A stretch of DNA of 64,000 nucleotides from Flectonema sp. DT1601 (lineage: Eukaryota): positions 992,001 to 1,056,000 of the forward strand of contig OZ025784.1 of the NCBI GenBank assembly GCA_964019425.1, read 5' to 3'. The notes beneath the pieces are model-generated. The model had not been told where the DNA came from and searched no databases. It saw nothing but the letters and a program-made list of their open reading frames with translations. The first letter of the stretch is position 1; the number at the start of each line of letters is the position of its first letter. Below, piece by piece: positions 1 through 12,013 of this stretch. The position numbers and the translations under genes are program-made.

Positions 1-226
1 TGTTATGTCGCATTTCAAGATTGAGTGAATTTCTTACTTCTCACAAAAAACTGCGGGACGAGATTTAAATAAAGACCATTTTTCGACATAGATGTTACAG
101 AATTGCCGTTCGTATCGTAAAGAAAGGATTCGTGCGTGTGAAAAAGAAAGTGTCATGGATTGCTCTTTCTGTTTTTTAAATTTTATACCAAATAAAAAGA
201 AGTAGATTTTCGTGTGTTAGACTGCC

Positions 227-822
227 TGTTGTACATCGGAACTTTGTGTTTTGTGGACTCTTTGAGTTTTTCCATAATATGATAACAAAAAAAAAAAAAA
301 AAAGTCTATAAAAAAAAATATTGTTTTTCGTAAGAACAACTATTTCGGATTTTCTTCTACGCGAGAGATTTCACATTCTTCGTGTTCCAAACCATATTGG
401 GGTTGGATGTTGTACGTCGGAACTTTGTGTTTTGGGGACTCCAGAGTTCTTCAATATGATAACAAAATAAAAGTCTACTAAAAAGAATGTTTTGAAGATG
501 TGTTGTTGTTCGTTAGATAACTGGAGTGTCTTTTCCTGACTTTTGGCTCGTAGGCTTCGAAGGCTTCGGAGATGAATAAAATAAGAAATAGAACATGTTT
601 TGAAGATGTGTTTTTCGTAAGAAAAACTATTTCAGATTTTCTTCTACGTCGCTTTATTTTATTGGCCTTGCGACTAATTTTCAACTTCGAGAGATTTCAC
701 ATTATTCGGGTTCGATGTCTCTACTGCTCACAAAATTGAAAGACTTTTTTTTTCCTCTTCTTTTTATAAATTTTTTCTAATTTGGCTTCCTAGGCTTCGT
801 AAATAAATAAATAATAAAAATG
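227..822. repeat. Mosaic of degenerate short direct duplications
   Basis: 227-307 ~ 408-477 (tgttgtacRtcggaactttgtgttttg...gataacaaaa..aagtcta); 322-387 ~ 610-648 plus 688-713; 541-590 ~ 781-822. Confidence 0.75.
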
Positions 823-1854
823 AATAAATTCTTTTCTTCGTGTATTGTTGCGGCAGAGTGGTATACTTGTGATGTTTTTTTCCCCTCCCTCTTTTTTTTC
901 CCCCTTTTTTTCTATTAACTTTTTACATCACGGAGCTGATAACGTCGGTAGTCCTCCTTCTTAATACTTTCCTAGTACAACAATCTCGTGGGACGACGAC
1001 TTTCCAGCATACGATGTTTGATTGTTTTGTGATGGAGATGTTTGATTTTTTTGTCGGGTGAGTGGGATTGTTCAGGATTTTATGCTGTGTGGACCTTGCT
1101 GAAATTTTAAAAAAAAAAAAAAAAAAAATCAACTTTTCTTACGGTGGTGTAAGGATGTTATCAGAATATTTTTTCCCCCCCCCGTGATTTTTCTCGTGTC
1201 TATGGGCGATGTCTTTTAATAACAACAATGAGCAGATGAGCAGTCGACTTTTTTTTTTTTTTTTTGGTCTTTAATCGGTGCTTAATCAATAAATAGTACT
1301 TCTAAAGGGATCTTAAATGATGGGTTCTTTCCAACGGCTTGCATGCTCACAGCAAAAAACAAACTTTTTTTTTTTGTGTGTGTGTTGTGTTGTGTTGTGT
1401 TTTTTTTTTTTTTTGTTTTCTCCTGTTCACAAGAAGGTGTCGAACTTCTTCGGCTGCTGAAACTAACGGCATTGGTAAAAATTAGACAGCAGTTTTTGCA
1501 TTATACCTATATAAGAAGTGAAAGTTAGAGTGAGTTTAGAGTGAGTTTGCCTGAGTGGGTGCATTGAAGAAATATGAGGTGGCCTCTAAAGGGCCCTTTC
1601 TCCCCCACTCCCCTCCATCCCACAGCAGCTGACTTGAAATGGACAAGTTGCCTTCAATAATACAGCTGAGTAGTCAGATTAGGATAATAATGTTCTGAAG
1701 AACGGACTTTAATAATCAGTTTTTTGCAATTGAAAATATTATAAAATAGGTCAATTAATGGTGTTTTGTTTATTTTTTTATTTTTTCATCCCCTCACAAC
1801 AGTTCGACGTGGTGACGTCAGAGGGGGTCGTACGGCCCCCTCTCAACCACAACA

Positions 1855-4002
1855 ATGAATGAACCATTGAACTTAGAAACTGACAAGGTCCTAATGCCGA
1901 TAATAAACCCACCAATACCGCAATTAAATTTAAAGGGACTATACGCTTTGTGGCATGCACGAAAGATACACGCTGGTGGAGATGGCATTAAGGGAGTTGA
2001 TTGCTGGATGGTTGTCACGAATTTATTTGTTGGTCTCTGCAAAGATAATAAAGCAACTGACCTGATTAGAATTGCGAAGGTGTCAGACATTCAGAAAATA
2101 TGGCTGTACGATCCCAAAGTAAACGGTGCGACGACCATAACGATAGCAATTCAAATGACGACCGCATCGAGAGAACCAACACTGCTGTTTAAACTTGGAC
2201 ATCATCCTAACAACTTATGTTTTACTAAACCTCCTGGATCTCACTTAGAATTACTACAGGTGATTAATAAAATTTATAAAACGTATAAAGGAACTAACGT
2301 ACCTTGTGAGAGAGTTCATAAACCTCTTTTTGGAAATAGTCAGGCGGGTCCGTTTAAGAAACCGAATGGGTATGTAAAACCGATTGATAAAAAGAAGAGA
2401 TGGAACAAGGCGGAATTTAACAGAGTCGCTCCATTAAATGAACCACCTCCAGAGTCAGAACCAGACCCAGAACCGATTAGATTGTATGATCCGCCAATGC
2501 CAACTGCGCCGGAAGAAGTTTCGCAAAAAGAACAACCCGATGAGAGAATATTGACAGATATGAAATTGGACGAACCTGATCTCAGTTCTTCATCTCACGC
2601 GTCTGAGTCTTCCGACTCGCGAGACTCTGAGCTGATCGATAATCAGTTTGGAGCTTCCGATAACACCTCCCCTGCTTACAATTACTCTTCACCTTCTAAT
2701 TTCAGTCCTGTTAAAGTTAATTATCCGGTTCAAGCTCCTGCATATCCCGGAAGTTATGAAAGAGAGAGAGAAAGTGTTTATCTTGAACAGCCTCCTCCTG
2801 TGAGTAAACCTCCAGTTTTTACTGGAGATCCTCCTTCAGTTCATTTACACCTCGTAATGGATTCTAATATACCCGACGGTAGGTTATCTATTGATGATAA
2901 CTTACCTGCTATGTCTCCAGTTGGAAAGAATGCTAATGATATTGGGTTTACAGCTCAACCACCACCAATGCCATTGCAACCGACTGTACAACCACCGCCT
3001 GTTGTTCAAATGCCGTCGTATGCTATGCCAGAGCAAATGACACCTGCACAGCAACCAATTTCTGTAACTCCTCCTCATCCTTCAAAATTCACATCTCGTC
3101 GTGGTGTTGGTCCGGGTGGTCCTGGTGGTGGTAGCACTCCATACGGTGAGTCACTTGAGAATAATGGACCAACAATCTTCGCACATGGCCATCCAGTTAT
3201 TGGATTGGATGCTGCTACTCGACTGTCGGAACCATCGCCGCGGGGAATTTCGCGATCTCGAAGTGAAATGGAACAGACCAACACTACTATTAAAACTATT
3301 ATCGAACCTCCGACACCTCATTCTGAGTCAGTTCAAGTTGTTGAATATTCGAAAGGTCAGGTTGTGGCAGTCTCAAGAGATAGCAAAGGGACGGTAACTG
3401 AAGGGTTTGAGAAATTCATGCCGCCAGCTGACTTGGAAATGTCTAATTCTGAAATTGCAGACGGATCTCCGACATATGAAGATGGTTTTGCGAGGGGATT
3501 CACAATTGCGATGGAATCGCTCAAAAATGAGCGACCGCGACCATCTCTTCCTCTCTCTGTTGATAGAGGTTCCTCACCTACAGTTCCTACTCACAGAGAG
3601 TGGGCTCAAGATAGAGCGATCAACGCTAAGCTACAGTTGTTGAAGGAGAGCTTCAATGAGTCACCTCAAAGAGAATCTCACAGACGACATCGTGATCAAC
3701 CTCGTCGATTACAAAACAGTCGTCACGTTGATAAGAGATCCGCAAGAGATGTAGAAGAGTACAAAGATAAATTATTCTTCGAATCGATATCGAGAGGATC
3801 AGAGGCTGATGCGTTGCAAAGTTCAGTTTTTGGTGGGTCAAGCAGCGTCCATTCATCCGTTCCTCGTCAGACTGTTCAGCGACAAGCAAGTGTTCGATCT
3901 CCTCGTCGGAAGAAGACCGAACAATGGCCACCAAAATCAAAGTCCAGTTATTGGAAAACTTTTTTAAATGAATGGGAAGATCATAGTCAGATTACCTTTT
4001 AA
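1855..4002 (+). CDS. Hypothetical protein: globular (possibly PH-like) N-terminal domain plus long Pro/Ser-rich disordered region
   Basis: 715-aa ATG ORF, GC-richer than flanks, preceded by a T-rich tract and AG at ~1802 (likely trans-splice acceptor). Confidence 0.85.
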   Translation: MNEPLNLETDKVLMPIINPPIPQLNLKGLYALWHARKIHAGGDGIKGVDCWMVVTNLFVGLCKDNKATDLIRIAKVSDIQKIWLYDPKVNGATTITIAIQMTTASREPTLLFKLGHHPNNLCFTKPPGSHLELLQVINKIYKTYKGTNVPCERVHKPLFGNSQAGPFKKPNGYVKPIDKKKRWNKAEFNRVAPLNEPPPESEPDPEPIRLYDPPMPTAPEEVSQKEQPDERILTDMKLDEPDLSSSSHASESSDSRDSELIDNQFGASDNTSPAYNYSSPSNFSPVKVNYPVQAPAYPGSYERERESVYLEQPPPVSKPPVFTGDPPSVHLHLVMDSNIPDGRLSIDDNLPAMSPVGKNANDIGFTAQPPPMPLQPTVQPPPVVQMPSYAMPEQMTPAQQPISVTPPHPSKFTSRRGVGPGGPGGGSTPYGESLENNGPTIFAHGHPVIGLDAATRLSEPSPRGISRSRSEMEQTNTTIKTIIEPPTPHSESVQVVEYSKGQVVAVSRDSKGTVTEGFEKFMPPADLEMSNSEIADGSPTYEDGFARGFTIAMESLKNERPRPSLPLSVDRGSSPTVPTHREWAQDRAINAKLQLLKESFNESPQRESHRRHRDQPRRLQNSRHVDKRSARDVEEYKDKLFFESISRGSEADALQSSVFGGSSSVHSSVPRQTVQRQASVRSPRRKKTEQWPPKSKSSYWKTFLNEWEDHSQITF

Positions 4003-5603
4003 TTCAGAGAGTACAACACAAACCACAAACACTCTGCACTTGCACACACAGTTTTCAGATTTAAAAAAAAAAAAACTGGTGACATTTATCAACCAGCTAC
4101 TACTTTGATGTGGTAAGTTTTTAAAAAAAAAAAAAAAAAATGTAATTCTGTACACTTTGATGGCTGTGTGTCGTTGGAAAAAAATTTTTTTCGAGGTGGG
4201 CTCGCAGTGTTTCCTCGTCTGAGATATCTTTTTTTTTTTTTTTTTTGTTGTGCAATTTCGAGCAGTAGAATCTTGTTGTCACTGTTGTACTGTATGAGAG
4301 AAAATATAATATAATTGAACTTCTTTTTTTTTTTTTTTTTTGTTGTTTTGTTTTAAAATCTGATGCTGCTATCTTTGCTGGTTTTTTTTTCTCAGAAAGT
4401 TTTAGTTGGTCGTCGTCGAATCAAATATTTTTATTCCGTCCCCCTTCGCTGTGTAAAAGCTGAACGGAACGGAACGGCTGTTTGCATCACCCTCAGTATT
4501 ACTCGACAGGGCTACACTTGTTGAGGAGGGTTGATGCTGCGGAAATCGGAAAAAAAATCTGTTTTGTACCTTGTCGTTTGTTTGTGACATCATTTCATTT
4601 AACTTGTCTTCTTTCTTCTTTTTTTTTTTAAAAATTAATTTTTAACTTCGATGTGTTCGTCGTCGAACGTTAGATTTTAAAAAAAAAAAAAAAAAAAAGT
4701 GATGAGATTATTTAATTTTTTTTGTTTTTAAAAAAAATGTCTAATTTGTTGCGTGTTAACCTTGATTTACTTATCCAAATCCCCCCTCTTTAATTTCTTT
4801 TTTTTTTCTTTTGCAATTTGTCAAAGAATTGGCAAAGGGGAAAAAGTGCGTGTGCGTAATAAATACCAGCGCGCGTTGAATACAGTGGCTGGAAAAATAA
4901 GGAATGCTCAAGCTTGGTACCTGTTGGAACTTTGAGTTTGGTGTTTTTTGTGAATTTTCTCTTAACCTTTTTTTTGATAGGCCGGTAGTGTTGTGCGGAA
5001 AAAAAAAAAAAAAAAAGAGTCCTCCGAAGGGACGCAGAATGTTACTTTTATTCCACCCGAGGGAGGGGGAGTATGTTTTATTTTTTCCAATTAGCCAAAA
5101 AAAAAATAATTGGAAATCGCCTCCCTCCTAAAAAAAGTAATCTTTTCATAAAAATAGAAAAAAAAAGAAGAAAAAAAAATCGACTTCTGGTCGTTAATTT
5201 TAATCATTTTTTTTTTTTTTTTTTTTTTTGATTCTTTAATAATGTTCTTCAACGATATCTTGCGTCTGAACGCAGAAGACTCTACTAATGGTGGTAATGG
5301 AGCCCTGCTATTAGGCTCTTTCATTGGGGCTGAACGCGCTTACGTGTTAACCATACGCATACGGGTCGACCACCGAAGTTACTGTGAACAAACCAGCGTG
5401 TTGTCGTTGGGATGACTGCTGTTCGCTTACACCTGAGAGTGTTCGTTATTTTTTCCATCCTTTTTTTTTCTTTTTTTTTTAAACTAAACAAAACATTTAA
5501 TCATCTGACTGACAGAGTAATGTTTGAGCGAATAAAAAGGTGTGCGGCCCCCTCTCTCCACAAAAAAAAAAAAAAACAGATTTGTAGCTCTGGCTTTCCA
5601 CTT

Positions 5604-5639
<36 letters not shown>

Positions 5640-7799
5640 TTATATGAATTCATCTGACAATTAGAATTGATTTCTGACAAGAAAAAAAAAAAAAAAGAAA
5701 TAAAAACTTTCTTCTCCTCGTGGCCTATTTTTATTTCTTACAATCCTTGTACTAACAACTAAACTGGTTTTACAACTCATCAAAAAATCTTTTGTCATAT
5801 TTTGTGAAGCGTCATATAACTTTATTACAGCTTTCTACATTGTTGGATATCCTTTTTGGTGTTGTTATCCTCAAAAAAAAAAAAAAAAAAGTCATCAATT
5901 TTTCCTCTTGTAGGTCAGTAACAACATCCCGGTTTTTCTTTTTTTTTTTTCACTTTCAAGGAGACTTTACGAAGGAATTATCCTAATAAGATTCTGGGTC
6001 TAATTACGTTGCTGTTGTCCTCGTAGCTGTTGGGAGTTCAGCCCGATGCTCTTTAGTTTGCTGTATTAGCGATGAACTACGCAATGTATTGGAACTCCTT
6101 ATCTATCAAAGAAACACTAAAAGAGAACACACAAAAAGTCTGATGTCCAAAATAATTTATTTTCAATAAGTAATCTGATCAAAGGAAAGAGAAACTACGA
6201 AGAATTGTTAATCATCGCTGCAGTCGCTGTGTATCTTTGACAAATTATAGTTACGATGACACAACAGACGGAGTTTTGTATTTTGCCGATCGGATCCCGT
6301 CTTTTTGTTGGGCGCTTTGTTGTAAATCGCTCTGAGCTCTTTTCCCTCTCTTTTTTTTTTTTTTTTTTTTTTTTCGTTCTCCCATTTATTATTAGTTTGA
6401 TTTCACTAATTCAGCCGTCTCTAGCACTGTCTCCTCACGCGGGCGGTGAGTTTAGGTAGTCATCTTGTTTTCAGGTTATTCTACGTCTCTAATCTCTCAC
6501 GGTTGGTTGGTAGCGATATAACTTCGTAAGTAAATAATTATTGTTGTACGCAATTGGGTTCGTACGGATAACAGATTCTTGAATGTTTATCTTAATTTTC
6601 TGTGAGCTTTTTGTTCTCGTATGTTAAGTGAAAGAGACCGTATCAATTCTTTTTTTTTTGTTTTTGTTTTTTTGTTGTATCGAAACGGTTGAGAAAGACG
6701 TGAAAAGCGTATCAGGCATCCGTCGGTATCAAGTTTTTTTTTGTTATCTTCTTATCCCAGACGACGAGGGCATACTTTGACAGGAGGTTTTTCTAATTTC
6801 CTATTTTCTATTTTTTTTTTTTTTTTTTTTTTTTTTTTGTTTTTTAAATTGAAGTTCGCGAATCATCATATTTCCTCTCTTCAAACCAGATTGGCTCCCT
6901 TCAGAAGTTTTAATTATTTGTGTATTATTTAATTAATTTATTATCGATGAATGTTACAAAAACATATTTTTATTTTTGAGTTCTAATCGTGTATCCCTGA
7001 TGACAGTTTTTTTTTTTGGGGGAAACAGTTCTTTTTAGTTTTTTCTTTCAGTGTGTGTAAGGCCTTGAAAAGTATCATTTCTTATCAAATATAAAAAAAT
7101 ATTTCCTGTTGTACTTGTTGGGGGGGATTATCCCCCTTTTTTTTTAATTTACATTTTGAACATTCAGTTTCAGCGGACTTTTTTCACTCACTTGAAGAAA
7201 TGAAAACAATTGTGGGTCCCTGAGATACTCAAAATAAGTGGAAAAAAAAAAAACGGAAAAGAAAAAGAAAGAGAAATAAACACTTGTACCCCCCTTTCCC
7301 TTTCCCTCTGTATGTTGTTTTGTTATGTTCTACCCTTGAAATTTCTTTTTTTCCCCCGTATTTCCTTTTTTTGGGAAGATTGACTGGACCTTCTTTAAAA
7401 ATAAATAATAGTTTTGTGAAGTCAATAAATAATTCATATTAAATAATTTATGAACCAAAAAAAAAAATAGTTGTCAGCTTTCACTGTTTTTTTTCTGTAC
7501 GAACGTTGTGATAAACGCAGCCTCTCGTAAGTTAGGTTTTGGGAAAAGTTTGATCACCATTTCTGGTATGACCTCACATCCCAAAAAGAAGAAGAGAAAG
7601 AAAAGAAAAAAAAAAAAAAGAAAACGAAAACATCGCGGAAATGTACTGAATAAAAGACATTGGTTCCTTTTATTCAGAATAATATACAACATAATGTTCT
7701 GCTTGACTACTACTCATCGAGGACAAATCTCTTTTTACGAATTCCTCTAAAGTTTTAGTTTTCTAAATTTATCACTATTAAGTTATCACAACACTAATA

Positions 7800-8206
7800 A
7801 TGGAAAGAAGACTAGCAGGGTGGTGGCGTGGGCAGGGAGAGAACGGTTTGGAATGTGTTGTTAGTTTCTCTGAAGATGTTCAGGAAAATGTGTTAAAGTA
7901 CAGAGCAGAGATATGGAAAAAAGCTACGCCTGAAGAACCACTAAAGAAATACCAAAGTGAGACGGGATATTTGAAGGAGGAAAAATTAGCTTTCTCATCA
8001 TCACTTGTGACGTCTGAGGAGATGAGTTGTAAAAGGTTTGTATTATTCATATTTGTGATCTCTCTCACAGTATGAAGTTATCCCAACTTTCAGAATACAA
8101 TAATATCAACCCAGGGAGTGGTCCGATTATTCAAAGAAAGGAAACGTGCGCTGTCAATCTTCAAACGGCTCAACTCGCATTTTCGATATCAAAGACTACA
8201 ATATGA
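7800..8206 (+). CDS. Small hypothetical protein, possibly spliced (putative 35-nt intron 8036-8070)
   Basis: 91-aa ORF of normal composition; removing GT..CAG 8036-8070 extends the frame to a stop at ~8206. The intron is unverified. Confidence 0.35.
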
Positions 8207-8600
8207 AGGTGTGTTCTTAACAGCAGGTAGTGAAGAGCGGGGGGGAAAAAAAAAAAAAAAAAAAAAAAACAGTTCGTCCATCCATCAGCCACTTATGAAC
8301 TGCAGAGAGAAAATGTAAGTTGGAGGGCCCTGCAGGGATAGCTTTTTGTTCAGAGGCTCTGGACTCCAACTCTGGCAAATGATGCCCTGCGGGAGAGCAC
8401 CGAAAAGATGTAATTTGAGAGCTGCGATTGAGCACTCGATGGATTGCATTGGTCGTATCCCGCGTTACTTTATATTCACATCTCAGAGTTAGTTGTGATT
8501 GTAGCTTTTAATCTAAATATATTGTGAACTGCGAAGGATTATATTCCGTTACAAGATTTACCTTTTCCTTTTCAGCTTCCTATTTTTTCATTATTTAAAG

Positions 8601-9155
8601 ATGTCGGGATTTACATCTCCACTAAAGATTTTGCTGAAAGCCTTCGCGTTCATTGGAGGGGCGCTTGCCTTGGCGGGATGTGCAGTGATTGCTTCTGATG
8701 GAGACTACGGGAATGTACTTGTGGGGGTTGGACTCTCTGTATTAATAATTAACCTTTGCCTGTTGTTTGGATTACCGTCTTGCAAGAAAGAAGACGTCAT
8801 AGGAGATGAAGCACGTACTATTGATTACATCAGGCCCTTAATGTCACCTCCAAAGGAACTTGAAACACAATTTGAAACGTATCCACAACCAAGGAGACCT
8901 TCAGCAGCAGTATCGACGTCAAGTTATGGTCTTACATCTGATACTTTGAGTTGGACTCAGCAGTATTCAGATTCTGATTTTTTACCACCACCTCCAAAGA
9001 GGAAGTCCAGCAATCCTCCGATTCAGTTCTCGGTCAGACCTCCGCAAAGACCGTCTGAGTCGCCTTCTAATTTTACTGCTTCGGCATCACCTGCTGGTCC
9101 GTTGATATCTGATTATATTATTGATGTTCCGTCACCTTCAAGTAGTTACTTATGA
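8601..9155 (+). CDS. Small membrane protein (2 N-terminal hydrophobic helices, Ser/Pro-rich tail)
   Basis: 184-aa ORF; pyrimidine tract and AG at ~8575 upstream. Confidence 0.75.
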   Translation: MSGFTSPLKILLKAFAFIGGALALAGCAVIASDGDYGNVLVGVGLSVLIINLCLLFGLPSCKKEDVIGDEARTIDYIRPLMSPPKELETQFETYPQPRRPSAAVSTSSYGLTSDTLSWTQQYSDSDFLPPPPKRKSSNPPIQFSVRPPQRPSESPSNFTASASPAGPLISDYIIDVPSPSSSYL

Positions 9156-9260
9156 TAGTTCTTTTAGGGTGGTTGATGGAATGTGTGGCTCTTCTTCCCC
9201 GCGGAAGATAATATTTAAACAGCCAACAATAGATCGTTATTAAAAAAAAAAAACTTTACT

Positions 9261-9292
<32 letters not shown>

Positions 9293-9611
9293 ATTTTTTT
9301 TATATCAAATTATCTCGGAAGTGAAATACCAAGCTGTGGGTATAACTAGTTCTCAATTTCATGTATTTATGCTATTTTTTTTTTCTTTTTTTTTTTTTTA
9401 GATGCACGTTGTCAAAAAACCTCCTCTTATTCCCCTTTTTTTTGTTAGATTTATATTACCTTCCTGTTGTTATTTATTCCTGTTTTTTTGATTGTCTCTG
9501 AGATTGCAATCTTTTTTTTTGTTTTGATTATTCAGCTTAACTACATTAGTAATAGACTGTATCAACACTAATAAGTAATTTTCTGTTCAACAGTTTTTTT
9601 TTGATGAAAAT

Positions 9612-10454
9612 ATGATGAAACAAATCGACGGAGTAAGCCACTGCACTGGTGAAGAACTAAAAGGCAGGAGATTAATCACTGTGAAAGATGTCTCGATTGT
9701 GTTGTCACATCTACAAACTACATCGGGTGTTCAGGATGCTGAAGACGACAGTGACGCGTTGACTGCTGCAGAGATAGAAGAGTTGTGCAGTAATCATGAG
9801 GAACTGAAGAGACTCAGTATGAATAGCTGTGTTAAGAAAATGCAACAAGCGGTGCCTGAGATGCAAATTTCTTTAGAAGAAAGCAGCCATCATTCCGAAG
9901 ATGAGAATGAAACAGATTCGAGAGTCGATTTCTTTACTCCAACTGCGGTAGAAGACATCTTCGCAACTCTCTCTGATCTCGGACAAGGAGTTCAAATTCA
10001 TAAAAAAGATGAACCTGAAGAAGAAGATGATGACCTCACCAAAATTGAAGACAGACCTGAGCAGATGTCGATGGATAAACCTATTAGTCAGGTACAGCAG
10101 TCAAGTTTATTTGCTGGTGTTGAGTTGAGTATGCCTATGTGTGATTGCTTAAGGCTTCAACAGATAATGGATGAATGCAAAGAAAACTCTGCTGAGACTA
10201 TCAGTGAGATTGAAGAACAACTCGCATTTGAAAAGTGGGAGGCAGAAAAGATGAAAAATTTCGAAGTCGGGTATCCAAACAGAAACTTTCTTGGGTCTGA
10301 TATTGATCTGTATCCATGTCTTATTGGATCAACTGGATCAACTGGACTACCCTGGGATGTCGCACCATTGTTGATGAGTGTTTCTGATGGAAATCCTTTT
10401 CCAGAAATTCCCGACAAAGATGAGGGGGATCAATATTCTAATGATTCAACTTAA
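9612..10454 (+). CDS. Acidic hypothetical protein
   Basis: 280-aa ATG ORF with coding-like composition; N-terminal GRRLITVKDVSIVL weakly recalls a histone-fold L2/alpha3 segment. Confidence 0.7.
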   Translation: MMKQIDGVSHCTGEELKGRRLITVKDVSIVLSHLQTTSGVQDAEDDSDALTAAEIEELCSNHEELKRLSMNSCVKKMQQAVPEMQISLEESSHHSEDENETDSRVDFFTPTAVEDIFATLSDLGQGVQIHKKDEPEEEDDDLTKIEDRPEQMSMDKPISQVQQSSLFAGVELSMPMCDCLRLQQIMDECKENSAETISEIEEQLAFEKWEAEKMKNFEVGYPNRNFLGSDIDLYPCLIGSTGSTGLPWDVAPLLMSVSDGNPFPEIPDKDEGDQYSNDST

Positions 10455-10859
10455 CCGTTCAGATCGAATCACCTTTCTGTCTTATTGTTTAACAGTTATT
10501 TACACTGCTGCTGCTGCTGCTGCTGTTGTTGTGAAATTTATGTTATTTTTTGCCAATCAGTCTTCTTTCTTACAGGTTGTTGGGTAGACACTGAATATGT
10601 TCAAATTTCTCGTGCTCAACTACGTTCACGTGGCCTCCACCAAAGAAACCAGGCAATGTTCAACGCCTCCTGTTTCATGGTGACAGTACTTTTATTTTTT
10701 TTGTGCAAAGACCTGCAGTATTCTTCCCAGATAAATCTTATCGTATCGTATCGTATCAAATTTCCCCCCCTTGCGTCCTATTCTACGGATACACAATTTA
10801 ATTACGAAAATACAACGCTTATAATTGCAACGCCGCAGATTATACCAACCATCCCAAAC

Positions 10860-11247
10860 GCAGCAGCAGAGTGGGCTCATCTTAAAGAATGGAGGGGTTG
10901 TACCTGTCAAGAGAGTGCGGACACAAACAATCGATTGATCTTAGATTCAAATCACCACGAGATGTATGATAGTCGTGGGAGTGGTAATATTCCTAGCGTC
11001 ACATTTTACATGAACGAAGATGATGGCAACACTAAAGGACGGACAACGTTACATGTTTTGTATGCCTATCCCAACTCGGTGAGACACACACATAGTCTTC
11101 GCAATGCAATTCGCTTAGGAGAATCACTACACTGTTTTAATTCAACACCTGAATCCTGAGGGTCTAAAGAAGTACCTGGACGACAGACACAACAGAATTA
11201 TCAACGAAAATGAAAAATTCAAAACGTACCTCCCGTGCGGAGTTTAG
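10860..11247 (+). pseudogene. HNH endonuclease pseudogene, copy 1 (frameshift at ~11118)
   Basis: EWAHLKEW...DTNNRLILDSNHHEMYD fits the HNH_2-type AH-(x)n-N-x-L-x-L-x(3-4)-H-xx-(F/Y)D pattern; the C-terminus continues in another frame as HLNPEGLKKYLDDRHNRIINENEK...GV*. Confidence 0.65.
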
Positions 11248-11257
11248 AAAGTTGTTG

Positions 11258-11569
11258 CACATCTGTATTGATGTGCCTATTTGTCACCCTCACTTGTTTA
11301 TGTTTATTCTGTACATCCCCCGCTTCCTCTTTTAGCCTTTCTACCGTAGAGTGTTTGTTTATTCCCCCATTCCTCAACTCCCTCGTGCTACTCAACATCT
11401 TGCTGCTTTGTTATTGTTCGGGAAGTGCAACTTGACTCGTAAAGCTGTGTTCGACTTGATTGCCTCACCTTCCGCTACATTTTAACTGGTATCGCATGGT
11501 TTGTAGGCCATTGTTCTCTGCTAACATAAACACGTGTTTTTCACAATTCCCACATGCGAGCCCCACTTG
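11258..11569 (-). mobile_element. Mutator-like DDE transposase remnant A
   Basis: Minus frame LACGNCEKHVFMLAENNGLQTMRYQLKCSGR*GNQVEHSFTSQ (N-terminal Zn-finger-like, in-frame stops), ending in TSEGDK*AHQY, homologous to TGDGDKYIHQY of remnant B (26/32 nt identical). Confidence 0.5.
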
Positions 11570-11788
11570 TTGCTATAATGTGGCTGGTTAGAAGATGCAG
11601 AGCTGCCGTTGGGATCTGAAGTGTTAGCGCCAAATATTCAAACACCGCTACGATGGTGGTGGTTCCCCCCGACCGTAGAAACTGGGACATGCTCAATCAG
11701 AAACAACTGCGGGGGAAGGTACATCAAAACTTACAACAGAGGACGGAGAACGAGCTATAAATCCGTGGCATGTTCAAAATAAGTCAGT

Positions 11789-12013
11789 GCGGAGTGGGCT
11801 CATATTAAAGAATGGAAGGGGGCAGACACAAACAATCGCTTGATCTTAGATACAGGTCACCATCAGATGTATGATGGTGGGGGTGGTAATGTAACTGGTG
11901 TCACATTTTTCATGATTGACGATGATGATAATATTAATGAACGTGCAACTCTGCATGTTTTGTATGCCTTTCCTGGATCAGACCCAACGTATGTCAGAGA
12001 ATCACCACACTAC
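11789..12013 (+). pseudogene. HNH endonuclease pseudogene, copy 2 (3'-truncated by insertion)
   Basis: AEWAHIKEWKGADTNNRLILDTGHHQMYDG...; clear paralogue of copy 1. Confidence 0.65.
11818..12013 (+). repeat. Left copy of ~197-bp direct repeat (partner 13943-14140)
   Basis: Near-identical to 13943-14140: 4 substitutions and one 2-nt indel by manual comparison. Confidence 0.95.

Noticed and set aside
4003..7790. Many 60-80 aa Phe/Lys-rich ORFs here and in other intergenic regions (e.g. 22.9-24.4 kb, 37.9-39.8 kb)
   Set aside because: Artefacts of poly-T/poly-A tracts.
10485..11159. Viral capsid/penton interpretation of the thrice-repeated peptide
   Set aside because: The AH...N.L.L...HH..YD pattern fits an HNH nuclease, and no other viral genes are present.
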